Shown here: piece by piece, positions 11,001 to 19,111 of the stretch
How the letters are laid out: the number at the start of each line of letters is the position of its first letter
How positions within the stretch are numbered: position 1 is the stretch's first letter
Source of the DNA: Caecitellus pseudoparvulus
Taxonomy: Eukaryota; Protista; Bigyra: Bicosoecida
Direction: 5' to 3'
Assembly: GCA_965644315.1 (NCBI GenBank)
Contig: CBFFRQ010000013.1
Coordinates: forward strand, 496,001 to 560,000
Length of the DNA: 64,000 nt
Notes under the pieces: generated by a model
What the model was told of the DNA's origin: nothing
The model's database searches: none
The model's input: the letters and a program-made list of their open reading frames with translations, nothing else
Program-made: the position numbers and the translations under genes

Positions 11001-12637
11001 GGTGTGGCACCTGCACCCTGCTGCGCTGAGGGTGTGTCTTGTGGGTCAGGATGCCGCACCACCCCCACCAGGACACCATGGCAATTCCGCGTGCTTTGGT
11101 CCATGAACACAACAGGAGCGGTAGACCTTGGCCACGTGGCTCCTCGTGGGCCAGGGCCAGGCGTCACAATGCTGCTGTGTCTCTGCCCAGCTGCTCCAGC
11201 CGGCAAGGCGGTGGAGACTTCACCTGCGACAGCGCCAGGGAGAGCAGGAACAGGGCTCGACCAACTAGTTCGGTTGGAGGGTACACCGACTATGCAAGGG
11301 TTGTCAGGGTCCAAACAAGCTGCAGAGGGGTGCAGTGCGAAGATCAGTTGGCTGTACAGCTCTTGTGGCAATCTGCCTTGCCCTGCACGCATGGGCGCCG
11401 GGACGGCATTCGTCATGAACACACCACCTGAGCCCCCGCATCGTGCCGTCACGCTGCTATTCAAATCATGCAAGTGGGAGGGGGGCAAGCAAGGAGCGGC
11501 AGAATCTAAACTGCCCGCTCCGCCCCCCGCCCTGCTTGCCTCTACTGGCCCTGCAACTTTGCCGACTGTGTCACAGTGGAAGGAAGAGGAGAGGCGAGCG
11601 GGGGACTTGGGGACTATGGAGGGTGCCGGCAGCGCAGCTTGCAATGCGGCGACCTTGGACTTGGACAGCCTTCCACTGAAGGCCATGGCTGTGGTCAGCT
11701 GGCCATGCCAGCCTCCGACAAAGCTATGACGCAGAGGGGGCAGCATGGACTTGCTCTTGGGGTAGGGGAGGTAGCCACTTATGACATCACCGCCATTGAC
11801 GTAGATCGTCGTGGTCCCCGTCCGCAAGAATGTGCTTGGCTGCATGGCCACGACCAAGTGCAGCCACACACCGGGCTGCAGCGAATTTGTCGTGCACAGC
11901 TCTTCCTCCCTGTCAGTGCGCGAACGCACGATGACATGGCCCTTGGCGCCAAGGACGGCTTCCACGCCTTGCAGAGCTTCCGACTCGAAGCGCCAGAGCA
12001 GGGTTTCGCCCCGTCTAGCCCGCCCAGCGCCGGAGGGAGGTGGGCTCTCTGGCTGGCCGCGAGCTCCACCTGGCACCGCCTGCTGGTGCAACTTGAGCCA
12101 CAGGGCAACTGTCAAACCATCAGCAGGCCAGGCGGCAATTTCAGGAACATGCAGACCACAGCCTGGGCCTGACAGGTCCAGGCAGCTGGGCACGGCAGGC
12201 TGCTGCAGCAACGATGCTTGCAGCGCCACAAGCCTCGTCGCTGACATCTGGGCGCGATGTGCAGCCAAGGGAGGCTCGGATCCGACATGGGCATTGCGCA
12301 GTGGCGTGAGGGCGGCATCCAAAGCGTCCTCAGGACAGCACCGCGAAGCCAGCAAGCGCGTGAGGTGCATCCACGCTGCAGCTTGAGCCGGGGCTGCAGT
12401 GGCCAGCCATGCTGGGGAAGACTGGGCCTCAATGAGGCTACTGAGCAAGCCAGCATCAATGAGCAAGTCCACCAGGCGTGGGTGCAACACCAGCAACTTC
12501 TGCACCGAAACTAACCACCTCGCAAGGTGGTCCGCCACGCTAGGCCCCGTCTCGCAGACGGACGGGCCACTCAGGAGCACGTCGAGGATGGTGGACAGAG
12601 GCGGCACACCATCACCCGCTGATGGATCTACCGCCAT
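2081..12637 (-). CDS. BEACH-domain protein (neurobeachin/LYST/WDFY superfamily): ConA-like domain, helical region, PH domain with inserted FYVE finger, BEACH, WD40
   Basis: BEACH motifs SNLDYLLLLNSVAGRS..D.SQYPIMPWV, RDLSKPVGALN, HYSN, FDHAERLF, DIKELTPEWY, LPPWA, LHEWIDLIFG.KQRG, FGQTP..LF (~4420-5440). FYVE at ~6507-6691. ConA-like at ~11650-12130. WD40-like repeats at the C-terminus. First in-frame ATG is 12637 (MAVDPS); the ORF track starts at a TTG. Confidence 0.93.
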   Translation of the reverse strand: MAVDPSAGDGVPPLSTILDVLLSGPSVCETGPSVADHLARWLVSVQKLLVLHPRLVDLLIDAGLLSSLIEAQSSPAWLATAAPAQAAAWMHLTRLLASRCCPEDALDAALTPLRNAHVGSEPPLAAHRAQMSATRLVALQASLLQQPAVPSCLDLSGPGCGLHVPEIAAWPADGLTVALWLKLHQQAVPGGARGQPESPPPSGAGRARRGETLLWRFESEALQGVEAVLGAKGHVIVRSRTDREEELCTTNSLQPGVWLHLVVAMQPSTFLRTGTTTIYVNGGDVISGYLPYPKSKSMLPPLRHSFVGGWHGQLTTAMAFSGRLSKSKVAALQAALPAPSIVPKSPARLSSSFHCDTVGKVAGPVEASRAGGGAGSLDSAAPCLPPSHLHDLNSSVTARCGGSGGVFMTNAVPAPMRAGQGRLPQELYSQLIFALHPSAACLDPDNPCIVGVPSNRTSWSSPVPALPGAVAGEVSTALPAGAAGQRHSSIVTPGPGPRGATWPRSTAPVVFMDQSTRNCHGVLVGVVRHPDPQDTPSAQQGAGATPSSPLDADAALRTALTRGMSPEFGLGCSGAGGSVLLRRGSVLHALRRAGGPALFFPILAAAAQAGSPKTAPVLPSLVDAACHSPLLTASAVGCIAAACSASIEQCRLFLHRGGIAALACLLKQLPPSHLTVRLLEHVSLLVSSLAGTVCTGFNAPEPGSPQLASLLQKVAAAAARHLPQARLLVRGKLPFGPAVAAAAQVELLFAWDVWGRAASTAARRHASLTMLLHTMLNGPSVAASVPLNHFLVVTGGGMSDDVKADAFTHACMFACARCLVLLHLGGWGHALQREPMPFATCPPLHCEGDLTDAFFRTQLVACLSQQGVPLPPAALGTTLGCMLTACWEPHRSEGQRGLMLQAVLGLLPAPLSAVPLLQAGVSARSEGDAEAPWSFLEHAESTRLPARLREASQLLSLAPAANTVDARLLEFLQRSGHCAAIWAALQTAKELPVIVLALRVLARYGFWQSHLPDAAAEVQMHYVAGHASMLENALTEAPITFSVYRCCMALLLGLDFSHVVQPSFEAAASSTDSPPCSLPAVLASQPIRHPALIPVCLQILCRAPLWVQLAGLRDWFALLCGDGHDALDGAPLISMGLICRSNRARMMQHARWPLLLAEICFTTQAAAQVQDARAGQELQGHAGFLQACSAGDCPAWVQDSLSTLNQTIDILKQRLLDPDTEQDVKVVSISSAASLRDLPFEHDAARAGASEHPSTPVNLAGLRFFATWKVGQLLLDLLRSPGMSLQLHAAVQDAAVTKWPELWGTLAFGLATQLTAALGLTDALGAQQDGVPPRGFAQLHAMLWPANKDQASEAYDADSISSLLTQVTGTLAKRMGGCRQLWRHSASSRLGIWQDILQFSLRHVFTAACLPSHAPVAPRDAAWSTTLRLVALASHGLDSCPPETAPGCATLRISGLVSLEQGRREVHAAAAMALSRLLSNVQSAVEIGLPHDDADALPTIRAWLITDRSASSDSAAGSEPSPSSSASLPASEHMRHGSHRLPHRGAVLRYGAAQPSTPAAASLSSSKPPSSRSRSRSMPGKRCRPGSDRLEPAAVQAGLRLPLVALAAHFSSEAIQGRAFAGPSCLADRVRDLVRCLTFCRSAPVQAESETPESAATSTPYSLVSADVMAAALDGAFPEAADNYLLSFWLVRLSALRAALHLLESESIPPNFSELLRQLQPDSLTLNVEPKEHEPCDVTGAASELRVQLASLAHAQPTESALAASLVQCAACLVRSDAFHSGRLERLRADASYESAAKETLVTYGMLPFLLLPSDEQRARQYRAEAVATRAARQRGLKATVQLLLWACDTPFWTPAAHPTIPGCLQQGAPVCSVSGGARETHPTFGWVVSAPTTNGGGEAGTFWPTLLDLRTTGVGTIGMPEVLYSVRCHWVTTMARVEGTLELSAAGLTLRPENLIRSDGSVVGRTDVEEAFSHEAITKVAWKPNDDHHHCSICEEEFVGTLVSTGKHHCRCCGSVVCNSCSTQRLALPSHGHLLPVRVCDSCVAAEMQGRMSRATQSSFARETAVGDEAAAGAARGGGCSPSTPSTTRISEDVDLLRNLLMKPHAWPIQAVQAIFSRRFLLRRTALEIVFSRAASGSMPSVASTPPAASGMCASVLANEAPGVHGGWCTEAFAGFLPHVATARHSQHTASTSAPWSHSHVAFAGQPADIGVHLPALFLVLRSEAAARELHAKLRQLQAANAQFAPVLYQSPHSGALAAGMFPAARVDPAVLSSAGVAVTGSGAVLPAGSVVTFSPGGLAQLQPGHGSSHGSGYPMPLPPSKGILEPVATLLPSAGKSRASAASFKFDPYDGGVPGDGSRAPLPLQHGRHDETKQMSPLAVMSDTQPEALAKLLPATQAWRCRLLSNLDYLLLLNSVAGRSTTDWSQYPIMPWVLADFSSESLNLEDGGRLPDGSPDLPGARPGTVWRDLSKPVGALNPARLQRLRADMEVTYEDTPPIPHLKDMEPARGGLSLAALRSLLAGARKSREVADSPDVMGPAPYANLHRGHYSNAVVPVFFFIRQEPFTTAALALQAGRFDHAERLFKSVPAVWESVLQDDMDIKELTPEWYTQLDGGFLRNSGRLNLGTTQSGEVVDHVALPPWADSPAHFIATHRAALESDEVSAHLHEWIDLIFGVKQRGEQAALADNLFKHSTYEGGLGVDLTALDAVQRLGLEMTILNFGQTPPTLFGDAHPKRLSAEDAVHFSATAAISSSLTMLRTTPVRVKIRGVPDSPPIVFLAPLPAHDALLSIAANGEAAVHVFRPAADASTGDVFTFREAPAHRQSRESPNALPGLASMYALHTSTCALSGAGWEDCSVTTALPRHMVQASASGLGTSATLAVFVGGPSVALARRHGLGFRGAAPVSPLASAVCALPSARVLLRGTAPLCDVEVCRLVPHASGAGQPHGFLESVVVHHRLTWHEAPVTVVTHSEDGCLVLTADSSGGMALWRVSVAAGGMDDGHGTLAAALHTFGTEGVGQALAELQPQAQAGHQVSEAGMFWSASTAALAGDCTALSLGASMASDVEASDSHPPILLAGTSPQQVRRGQVGALAELVTPTVMPLLDIGTDFVDLPVLVQGLLMGALAWHNILPCISAVEGASPRDRRWLQHLLEPLGGSTSVSPASLGATMPSAGGTALQTSPVKPPRLGVVPTATDVAGQLAHFLASLRNTPPNVLQAETPTRHLVRSSASAVEGPQSSLEPQRAGVGLPPAAQWTPPILGSIPSVGLPTHEHQTKAAVVNTDAFIGAGALPDTSFSATVRGNIVPSMAEVGAAAQRAAAPAALGPGPATLGKKRRLAHAVAPTAVLAGHASPVVAACLSASIHAALSAGADGLILCHDCRTGRVRWRFHLALHDTEEQLPRSIAVLSTGVAVVVHGRRAVALGLNGDLAAAHVGKQPIVAAIALPRPRSKAHVLFVTERSICIWSVSDCFTREVDVQASSVSPIVSASLSACGRALFCGMRDGQIACYALPDIL

Positions 12638-13076
12638 AAAACCCCTCGGGCCACGAGGATGCCCTCGCTCAGCTCTTAACGGTGGCTGAGGGCCAAGTGA
12701 AGTGCGATGGCTCCCTGCAGGTGCACTGCACCTGATAGCTGGCCCAGCGCTGGCCCACCCGTCAAGCAGAAACTCAGGGACGGGGAGTGGGCGCAAAGCC
12801 GCGACACTATTTTAACAAAGCACATCGTATCTTATGCCGGGTTTTGGGTGATAGGATTTGTCGCTGTGCGCGCTCCAGCACATACGGCAGCTCAGGTGTG
12901 AATGAAGGGGTTGGTAGCAAAACACTATCACTCGTTGCACCCTGACGGAGCAAGTGTCAAGCCAACAACCCAGAGTGGCTGCCCCCCTTACTCTTTACCG
13001 AGTCCATCAATCGTGGCTGCTCTCAAGCAGCCACCGAGGGTGTGCCGGCGTTTTGTGAGCGTTTCAAAGCACTAGC
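12638..13076. promoter_or_regulatory. Putative bidirectional promoter (BEACH gene / microprotein)
   Basis: Divergent ATGs, locally more AT-rich, TTCAAA at 13063. Inferred from gene layout only. Confidence 0.4.
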
Positions 13077-13380
13077 ATGGCAGACAAGCAGTCATCCTCA
13101 CCAGCCAACGGTGAGAGGCGGACGAGCATGCATGGAAAGACTAGGCAAACTGTTGCACATCAGATGCGCGCACATTCTTGCAGGCCAATCCGACCAGTTG
13201 GAAGACTTGGTGGCCACACTCATGGGGCAGATTCGGGACAGCGACTGGCTGGACAAAGCCGAGCCGATGGGCATCTCGATCTTCGATCTGGCGGCCCAAG
13301 AGGCTGCCAGTGCACCTTCCAGCGCAGCCTCTGAAAGCAAGGTCCCCGCGACTGAGGGCACATGTACAGACCCCAAGTGA
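13077..13380 (+). CDS. Spliced ~76 aa microprotein of unknown function (weak APC16/Apc9-like motif)
   Basis: Exon 13077-13110 (ATG...AACG|GTGAGA), 73 nt intron 13111-13183 ending TTCTTGCAG, exon 13184-13380 in matching phase. Product MADKQSSSPANGQSDQLEDLVATLMGQIRDSDWLDKAEPMGISIFDLAAQ... Confidence 0.6.
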
Positions 13381-13417
13381 TGGCTGCATTGGCTGGGGGA
13401 GCTCCTTGCGCCAGTCC

Positions 13418-14205
13418 TCAGCAACCCTTGCGGTCTGCGTCCCGCTGCAGCCGGTCCCATTGCTGGCTGAACATGCTGTTCATTCGGGGACCTTGCTGCC
13501 CGATGAGTTTGGTGATGATGGGTCGTGCGCCCATGGAGCACAGTGCATAGATCCACGCCTGTCAAGGAGAGGCGTGGGTTCGGTATTGAGGAGGCTGCAT
13601 GGCGCACGCTGTCAGCACGCGGCGCCACTCACGAAGCCAACTTGGGCGTAGTCCTCGCCTTCCAAGCCTCGGTGGGAAATGCTCTGCAGGAAGGAGATGG
13701 GCACGAAAGGGCTGCGTGCAACTACCACTCCACTGTACGCAGAGGACATGAACTGGTAGATGAGAATGAATGCACCGGCCATGCACACAGTCGAGACAAG
13801 CTGGGATCGGGTCAGCTGCATGCTGACATGGGCCAAGTCCCGCTCTGCCGAGTTCAGCAGTTTCTCGTGCTTGCCTCGTCGCTTGACGTCTACCACTCGC
13901 CCCTTGATGTCATCAACTGTAAGCAGGCGGTTGGACCAGGTTCACGTTTCGCGGTCGTCAGGGTCTTCTTTGCTCGCGCTCACCTTTGGCCTGGGCTCTG
14001 GACACCTTCCTTGTGAGCTGCTTGTACCATTCATGGCGGTAGATGAAGAACCAGTTGAGACCTGGAGGGAGGAAAGATGTCAGGTAGGTCGGCCACGTAC
14101 AATGCAATTTCCGCACGCGAGGCTGCACGGCGCCTGCATACCTTCCGTGGCGAGCGCAGCGAGCAAAGACATGGCCACAATCGTAACGAGATCAATCACT
14201 GCCAT
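13418..14205 (-). CDS. TMCO1: TMCO1 (Oxa1-superfamily ER membrane protein, EMC3/TMCO1 family), 4 exons
   Basis: Exons 14205-14142, 14061-13984, 13916-13633 and 13558-13418 join in frame via GT-AG introns of 80, 67 and 74 nt. Motifs EGLNWFFIYR, YSGVVVARSPFVPISFLQSISHRGLEGEDY, WIYALCSM are characteristic of TMCO1. Confidence 0.9.
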
Positions 14206-14452
14206 GCTGCTTGTGCTTGGGGTGGGGACTAGGGGGTGCGTGGAAGTCTGCTTGGTGGGTGTGGGCGGCGATGAGCCCCTCACTCTGCAACAGCGACTGC
14301 TGAACTCTCCAGCTGACAGGTCATGAGCATACGGGGACTGCATGCCTGGGCACATCGATCAAGGTGGAATTTCGGTTTTGATTTCTTCATTTGCCCAGGT
14401 TTGTTCTGCGACGCTGGCAGGTGGAGGCAAGGTTGGCTTTCCCTGGACTTGT

Positions 14453-16262
14453 TCAGGTCCAGTTCTGAAAGTTGCCAAAGAGAAGAGGCCCCAGCACGCC
14501 GTACAAGGCAAGCCAAAGCACAACCCTACCAGCAGGGGAACACACTCGCATGGGTTCATCTGATGCAGGCATGAGCAGCGCCAAGTACCAGTAGACGACA
14601 GGCGAGCTGCTTGCCAGGAAACGTGTCACAACCTGGATGTGCATAATGACCACAGCGACAAGCAGCATCAAGGCCAAGTGACACCCGTAGGGCAGCACAC
14701 CCGCTTCACAGAGGGGCGTCGTGGGTGCCTCAGCTCCCTCTGTCGTGCCCAGCACCTGCACTGTGTCTGGTTCCTGTCTGGGCCCACCCCCTCCACGCCG
14801 CGTGAGACCACCCAACTCAGGCATGAGGGAGTGCAAGAGGTCTTGCCCTGCTGCTTGTGCGGCCTCAGCTTTCTTCGCTGAGCCACGTTCCACAGGTGGA
14901 TCCGCCAAGGCAGTGCTGGTTGGCTGCAGCATGCCCTGCAGCAGACTCGACAGCAAACCAAGCTGCCGCGAGCCACCTTCCACTGCCAAGTACAGGCAGG
15001 CTGCGGCGCCGGCGCTGAGCATGGGGGCGGCAAAGAGGAACTGGGGAACTTGCTTTAGCTGGTAGTACTTAAAAGGACCCACACCCCAGTACTCTCCCTG
15101 GATGAAGCCATACATGTTTGGCAACACAGACCCATCACACCAGGGTCGGGGGCCTGTGGACAGCTCAGCAGGCAGGGCCAGCTGGAAGGCAGAGAGGAGC
15201 GCCTCCCGAACGCTCAGCGGCGCTACCTCGCAGTATGTGTACTTGCCATACAGCTGGAACAAGACATAGGGGGTGAGTGCCAGGGCAGAGGCGCCAATCG
15301 AGGATCCCCACACCAGCACAGCCTGCACACCCCGAATCGGTCCCCGCGTCGTGACCTGCAGGCGCAGCGCGCTGTACAGCAGATACCCCACCAGCAATGT
15401 TCCGTTGCTGCGCAGAGCCCCTGCGACTGCAAAGGCAAGCCCAGCGCCCCAGGTTGAGACGACTACCCCCAAGGCAGCGCTCATCGGCATGCGCTGCTCT
15501 TGTTTGCGCACGCAGGCTGCCGAAGGATGCGCTTGTTGAGACCACGCCGCCACGGATTCCAGCAAGTACATGCCAGTGAACGATGCAAGGGCAAACGGCC
15601 TGGTTGGGGGGCAGAGAGGTGGGGTGATGCTCGAGTGGAATGTCGCAAGCAGCAGGTTCACGTGCTCACCCCTCAGAGTACACTGCCGAGAGGAAGACAT
15701 TTCCGGGGGAAGCAGCGAAGATTGCTGCGGCAAGAAGCGCATACCGCCTCGAGTTCAAAACATACCGCGTAAGTAGGTACAGCATGCCTGCTGCAGCTAT
15801 GGCGGCCGCGTTTCTGTGCAGCGGGAGAGCGAAGAGAGGCTGCGGAAATTGCTTCGACCAACACCAGCCGCTACCTTACGTGACTAGTACACCGGCCAGG
15901 AGCAGGAGGGAGCGGCGAGAGAGAGGGAGGACGCCTTGAAAGACTGCATCAATGGCGCTTGCTACCACTCCCATGCAGAGGGGCAGGCCAGGGAAGAACG
16001 CATGGAACATCTCGTAGGTATACCCATGTTGTGCGATGTGAGTGTAAAACACGCCGTCCCAGTGCGACAGCGGTCCAAGCAGGCGCAAGACGAGAGCGTC
16101 CCATGGACCTTGGTCACCGACAACCACAGAGGGGTCAATGGATGCACTGCTATCGTAAGGAGCACTCAGAGTCGCCAGGAGGGCAGTGAGCCCGACAGTT
16201 GCGAAGCGCCATGTGGCAGAGATGACGAGAACCCACGCCACGTCCCTGCGCACGCTGGCCAT
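14453..16262 (-). CDS. PIGV: GPI mannosyltransferase 2 (PIG-V/Gpi18), 3 exons
   Basis: Exons 16262-15880, 15813-15670 and 15599-14453, with introns of 66 and 70 nt. Motifs PYDSS, HWDGVFY..IA..GY, AFFPG.P, SPGNVFLSAVYSE, Y.FIQ..YW.VG...YY...Q.P.FL.A.P, H.QV.TRFL.SSSP..YW, NF.NWT. An alternative start is ATG 16277. Confidence 0.92.
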
Positions 16263-16381
16263 GGCAGCGGCTGCCATGAGCCGCAGCACTGACGGGGCGA
16301 AATTCACATCGCATTGGCTAGCTGCAGTTCCAGTGAATTTGCCTGGTCTGCGCAACGCCTCCCCTCCTGCGCCTCCCGAAT

Positions 16382-18808
16382 TCAAGTTTCCGGCTGGGAG
16401 AACTCCAGACGCTGCGCCACTGGACTTGTCAAGTCAGCTTCGCGTGGAAAGTGGAGAGGGCGGTTGAGTCCCAAGGTATCGTGTGGGTTTCGAGCAGCAA
16501 GAAGTTGCTCTTGGGAGTCCAGCAGCGCCTGAAAGCGCGCCTGTTTGGCAGCCCAACGCCGCTCGCGTTGCTGCAGCAGAGCTTGGGTGCGGCTGTCTGC
16601 GTGTATCTCTGCAATGCGCTGAATCGCCCTGGCAAGTGCAGGCGAAGAGAGGCGACCCAAGGCACTCTGTAGATCGGCCCCGCGCCCCACAGCTTCTGCC
16701 ACGCCCTGTGCCTCTGTGTCACTGCCGACATGCGGAGTGGCAGCTGCTGCGAGAGGGCTCCCGCGAGCTGTGGGTCCGGTGGAGCCCGCCGTGGCCAAGT
16801 TCAACTCGCTGCGCAGCTGCTCCACGAGCTGCCAGTGCTGCTTGGATTCCTCAGAGGACCCACTAGAGTCAGCCAGGGTAGCCTGGACGGTAGCAGCTGC
16901 CAGTCTCTTGCGCAGGGAGCGAATGGCACCTGGCGCAGCACCCGTAGGGGCTGAGTCCAGGCCTTGCATGGCCTCTCGAATGCTGGTTTCCAACTCGTCA
17001 TCGAACGCGTCCCCGATGCTGGAGATATTTGACAATGAAGCGGGGCTTGCCTTGCTGCAGCTGCCACTTGGGGAGGCTTCCCCTGCAAGCCAAGCGGAGT
17101 TGCCGCTGGGAGGACACGATGCGGGGTTGGCAGCTGATTGATGGCTCCCCCTTGAAGGCTTTGAGGGCGTGTGGCGCGGGACTTGCAGCTGAGACAAGCT
17201 GGAGGACTCAGCAGTGGCCAAGGCTGACCTCAGCATGCCGATCTCAGATCGCGCAGCTGCCAGATCCGCTTGCATCGCTGCTGCTTCGGCCTTTGCCTCC
17301 TGCACGTGTCGTGCCATGCCTGCAAGGGCCCTCCTCGCGTCAGCCAGCTCACGCGCCACGCTGTCATCCTGCTCCCGCTCGCGCTCGTCAAGCAGTTGCG
17401 GCGGTGTTGGCCAGCTGTGGCCATGGAAACCTCGCAGACACGCCGCACACCAGCGCATGTGAGCAGCGAGAGACGCTTGGCGCGGGGTCAGAGCCTCGCC
17501 ACGCCCCACCACCCACTGCACCACCTCATCCAGACGGTCCGCTGCAGTGCCACAGTCTGCCAGGGTTCGAGCTGGCGGCGATGGAGGGGGCGGGCTGAAA
17601 GGCTGGTGCGGCCCTGCAAATGGCACTGGAGGGGGAGCAGCCTCTAACGGCGATGGCTTCAGTGCGCTGGCCTGCTGGCCAGGCAGGGGCACAGGTGCAA
17701 GCCGGGCTGCTGGGTGGTTGGAGATGTTCAGCACTCGCCGTGCATACCTCAGAGTGCTGTGGGTTTCGTGCGCATTGCAGGCAGCAGGCCCGACGCACGC
17801 GATGAAGACTGTGTGACTCTGCCCGCCCAGGCTGTTCTGCAGCAGGCGCGTGAGCTTGGAGTCGCGGTAGGGGATGTGCCCTTCGCCGTCTGACAGTGCC
17901 ACGATCACGTTGCCCAGCGCAAGCAAGCCCTGGTTGATGCCGATGCTCTCTGTAAGTTGCGCCCCCTTGGCTTGTGTCTTCTTCTGCCGTTCGCTGCCTG
18001 CCAGGTCCACCAGGCGAATGTGCGCGTGGACCTGGCGTTCCTGCCCATCCACGAGCAGCTGCCTACCTGCCAGTGCGATGGTGAAAATGGCGTGGGACCG
18101 GGAAGAAGCGGGGGACATGGGCGTGGAGCCTGTCGCCCGAGCCGCTAGCCCGCGAGCCAGCAGTTGCTGGAAGTCGCCAAACTCGGCAACGTCCGCGGAT
18201 GTGGCCCCTGTCAGCTGCGTCGCGCCGCTGGCCGTGCGGCGCAAGGACACTTGCCCTGCACCTGTGGGGCCCTGCAGTAGGTCACGAATAGTACCATTGT
18301 ACACTTCCAGGAAGGACACGCTCACTGAGAGGTGGGTCAGACCTTGTGGCCCGGCAAGGCCCGCCGCCACGGCTGCTTGCGTGGCTTGCAGTGTCTGGGC
18401 GACTTGGCGGCACACCCTCGGCAGGATACCCTCGCCGGGCGCACCGGCTTCAATCGTTTGAACATGGGAGGCTTCCAGCCCCATGGTGTGCGTCTTGCCG
18501 CTCCCTGTTTGCCCGTACGCAAGGACTGTGGAGGAGACTCCATTGCACGCTCGAGGCACCAGCTCCGTCAGCCCGAGGCTGTCAAAGACGTCGTGCTGCG
18601 TGGCGTGGGGACCAAGGCAGGCAGAGAAGCCATACACCGAGTCCTCATGTTGTACTGCATGCCTGCTCCGAACAAACGTGACAGTCCGTCCCGCGCGCCC
18701 AGTCTCATGGGCAAGGGTCGGGCGCACCCTCACAGCGACTCTCACGCCAGATTCCGCACATGCGGGGTCTGCGCTGGCTGTGGGCTTCTCAGCTTCGAGG
18801 GCAGCCAT
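16382..18808 (-). CDS. Kinesin motor protein (N-terminal motor, kinesin-4/10-like, coiled-coil tail)
   Basis: VAVRVRP, P-loop YGQTGSGKTHT, SFLEVYN, SSRSHAIF, LVDLAGSER, HIPYRDSKLTRLLQNSLGG, ETHSTLRYA. Motor spans ~17720-18745. First ATG is 18808. Confidence 0.93.
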   Translation of the reverse strand: MAALEAEKPTASADPACAESGVRVAVRVRPTLAHETGRAGRTVTFVRSRHAVQHEDSVYGFSACLGPHATQHDVFDSLGLTELVPRACNGVSSTVLAYGQTGSGKTHTMGLEASHVQTIEAGAPGEGILPRVCRQVAQTLQATQAAVAAGLAGPQGLTHLSVSVSFLEVYNGTIRDLLQGPTGAGQVSLRRTASGATQLTGATSADVAEFGDFQQLLARGLAARATGSTPMSPASSRSHAIFTIALAGRQLLVDGQERQVHAHIRLVDLAGSERQKKTQAKGAQLTESIGINQGLLALGNVIVALSDGEGHIPYRDSKLTRLLQNSLGGQSHTVFIACVGPAACNAHETHSTLRYARRVLNISNHPAARLAPVPLPGQQASALKPSPLEAAPPPVPFAGPHQPFSPPPPSPPARTLADCGTAADRLDEVVQWVVGRGEALTPRQASLAAHMRWCAACLRGFHGHSWPTPPQLLDEREREQDDSVARELADARRALAGMARHVQEAKAEAAAMQADLAAARSEIGMLRSALATAESSSLSQLQVPRHTPSKPSRGSHQSAANPASCPPSGNSAWLAGEASPSGSCSKASPASLSNISSIGDAFDDELETSIREAMQGLDSAPTGAAPGAIRSLRKRLAAATVQATLADSSGSSEESKQHWQLVEQLRSELNLATAGSTGPTARGSPLAAAATPHVGSDTEAQGVAEAVGRGADLQSALGRLSSPALARAIQRIAEIHADSRTQALLQQRERRWAAKQARFQALLDSQEQLLAARNPHDTLGLNRPLHFPREADLTSPVAQRLEFSQPET

Positions 18809-19111
18809 GCCAAGAGATAAGAAAGAAATCTTTATAGGGTTTCTCACCGCGAATACTTCGGCTGCGTTGCAGGCGGAGGCTTGACGTTGTGTGTCGGCTT
18901 GCTGAGGGACGCGGTTCAAATGCCGCAGGCCACAAGCACAAAGCAGCGACGTTGACTGCACAGCCCGCAGGGGGTCGCAGTGCAAGCTTGAGGAGGGAAA
19001 CTGTACGATTCAAAATTGCGCTGCTGCTGAATTTCTGCTCTGCCCAATTGATCTTCGGTGCAGGATTGCCCTGAGCAGCCGCCACTGTGCGCAGGTGCGG
19101 AAATCGCCGCA
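18809..19111. promoter_or_regulatory. Putative bidirectional promoter (kinesin / SENP8)
   Basis: About 300 nt between divergent ATGs, AT-rich patches, TTCAAA at 18915 and 19009. Confidence 0.45.

Noticed and set aside
10545-11729. 394 aa + strand ORF inside the BEACH gene, and the many similar short ORFs nested in the large genes
   Set aside because: Antisense or off-frame shadows with no recognisable domains.
12638-12796. N-terminal extensions from TTG/GTG/CTG starts in the ORF track (also 18809-18985, 48247-48375, 60097-60324)
   Set aside because: The locus is eukaryotic; the first in-frame ATG gives a sensible start.
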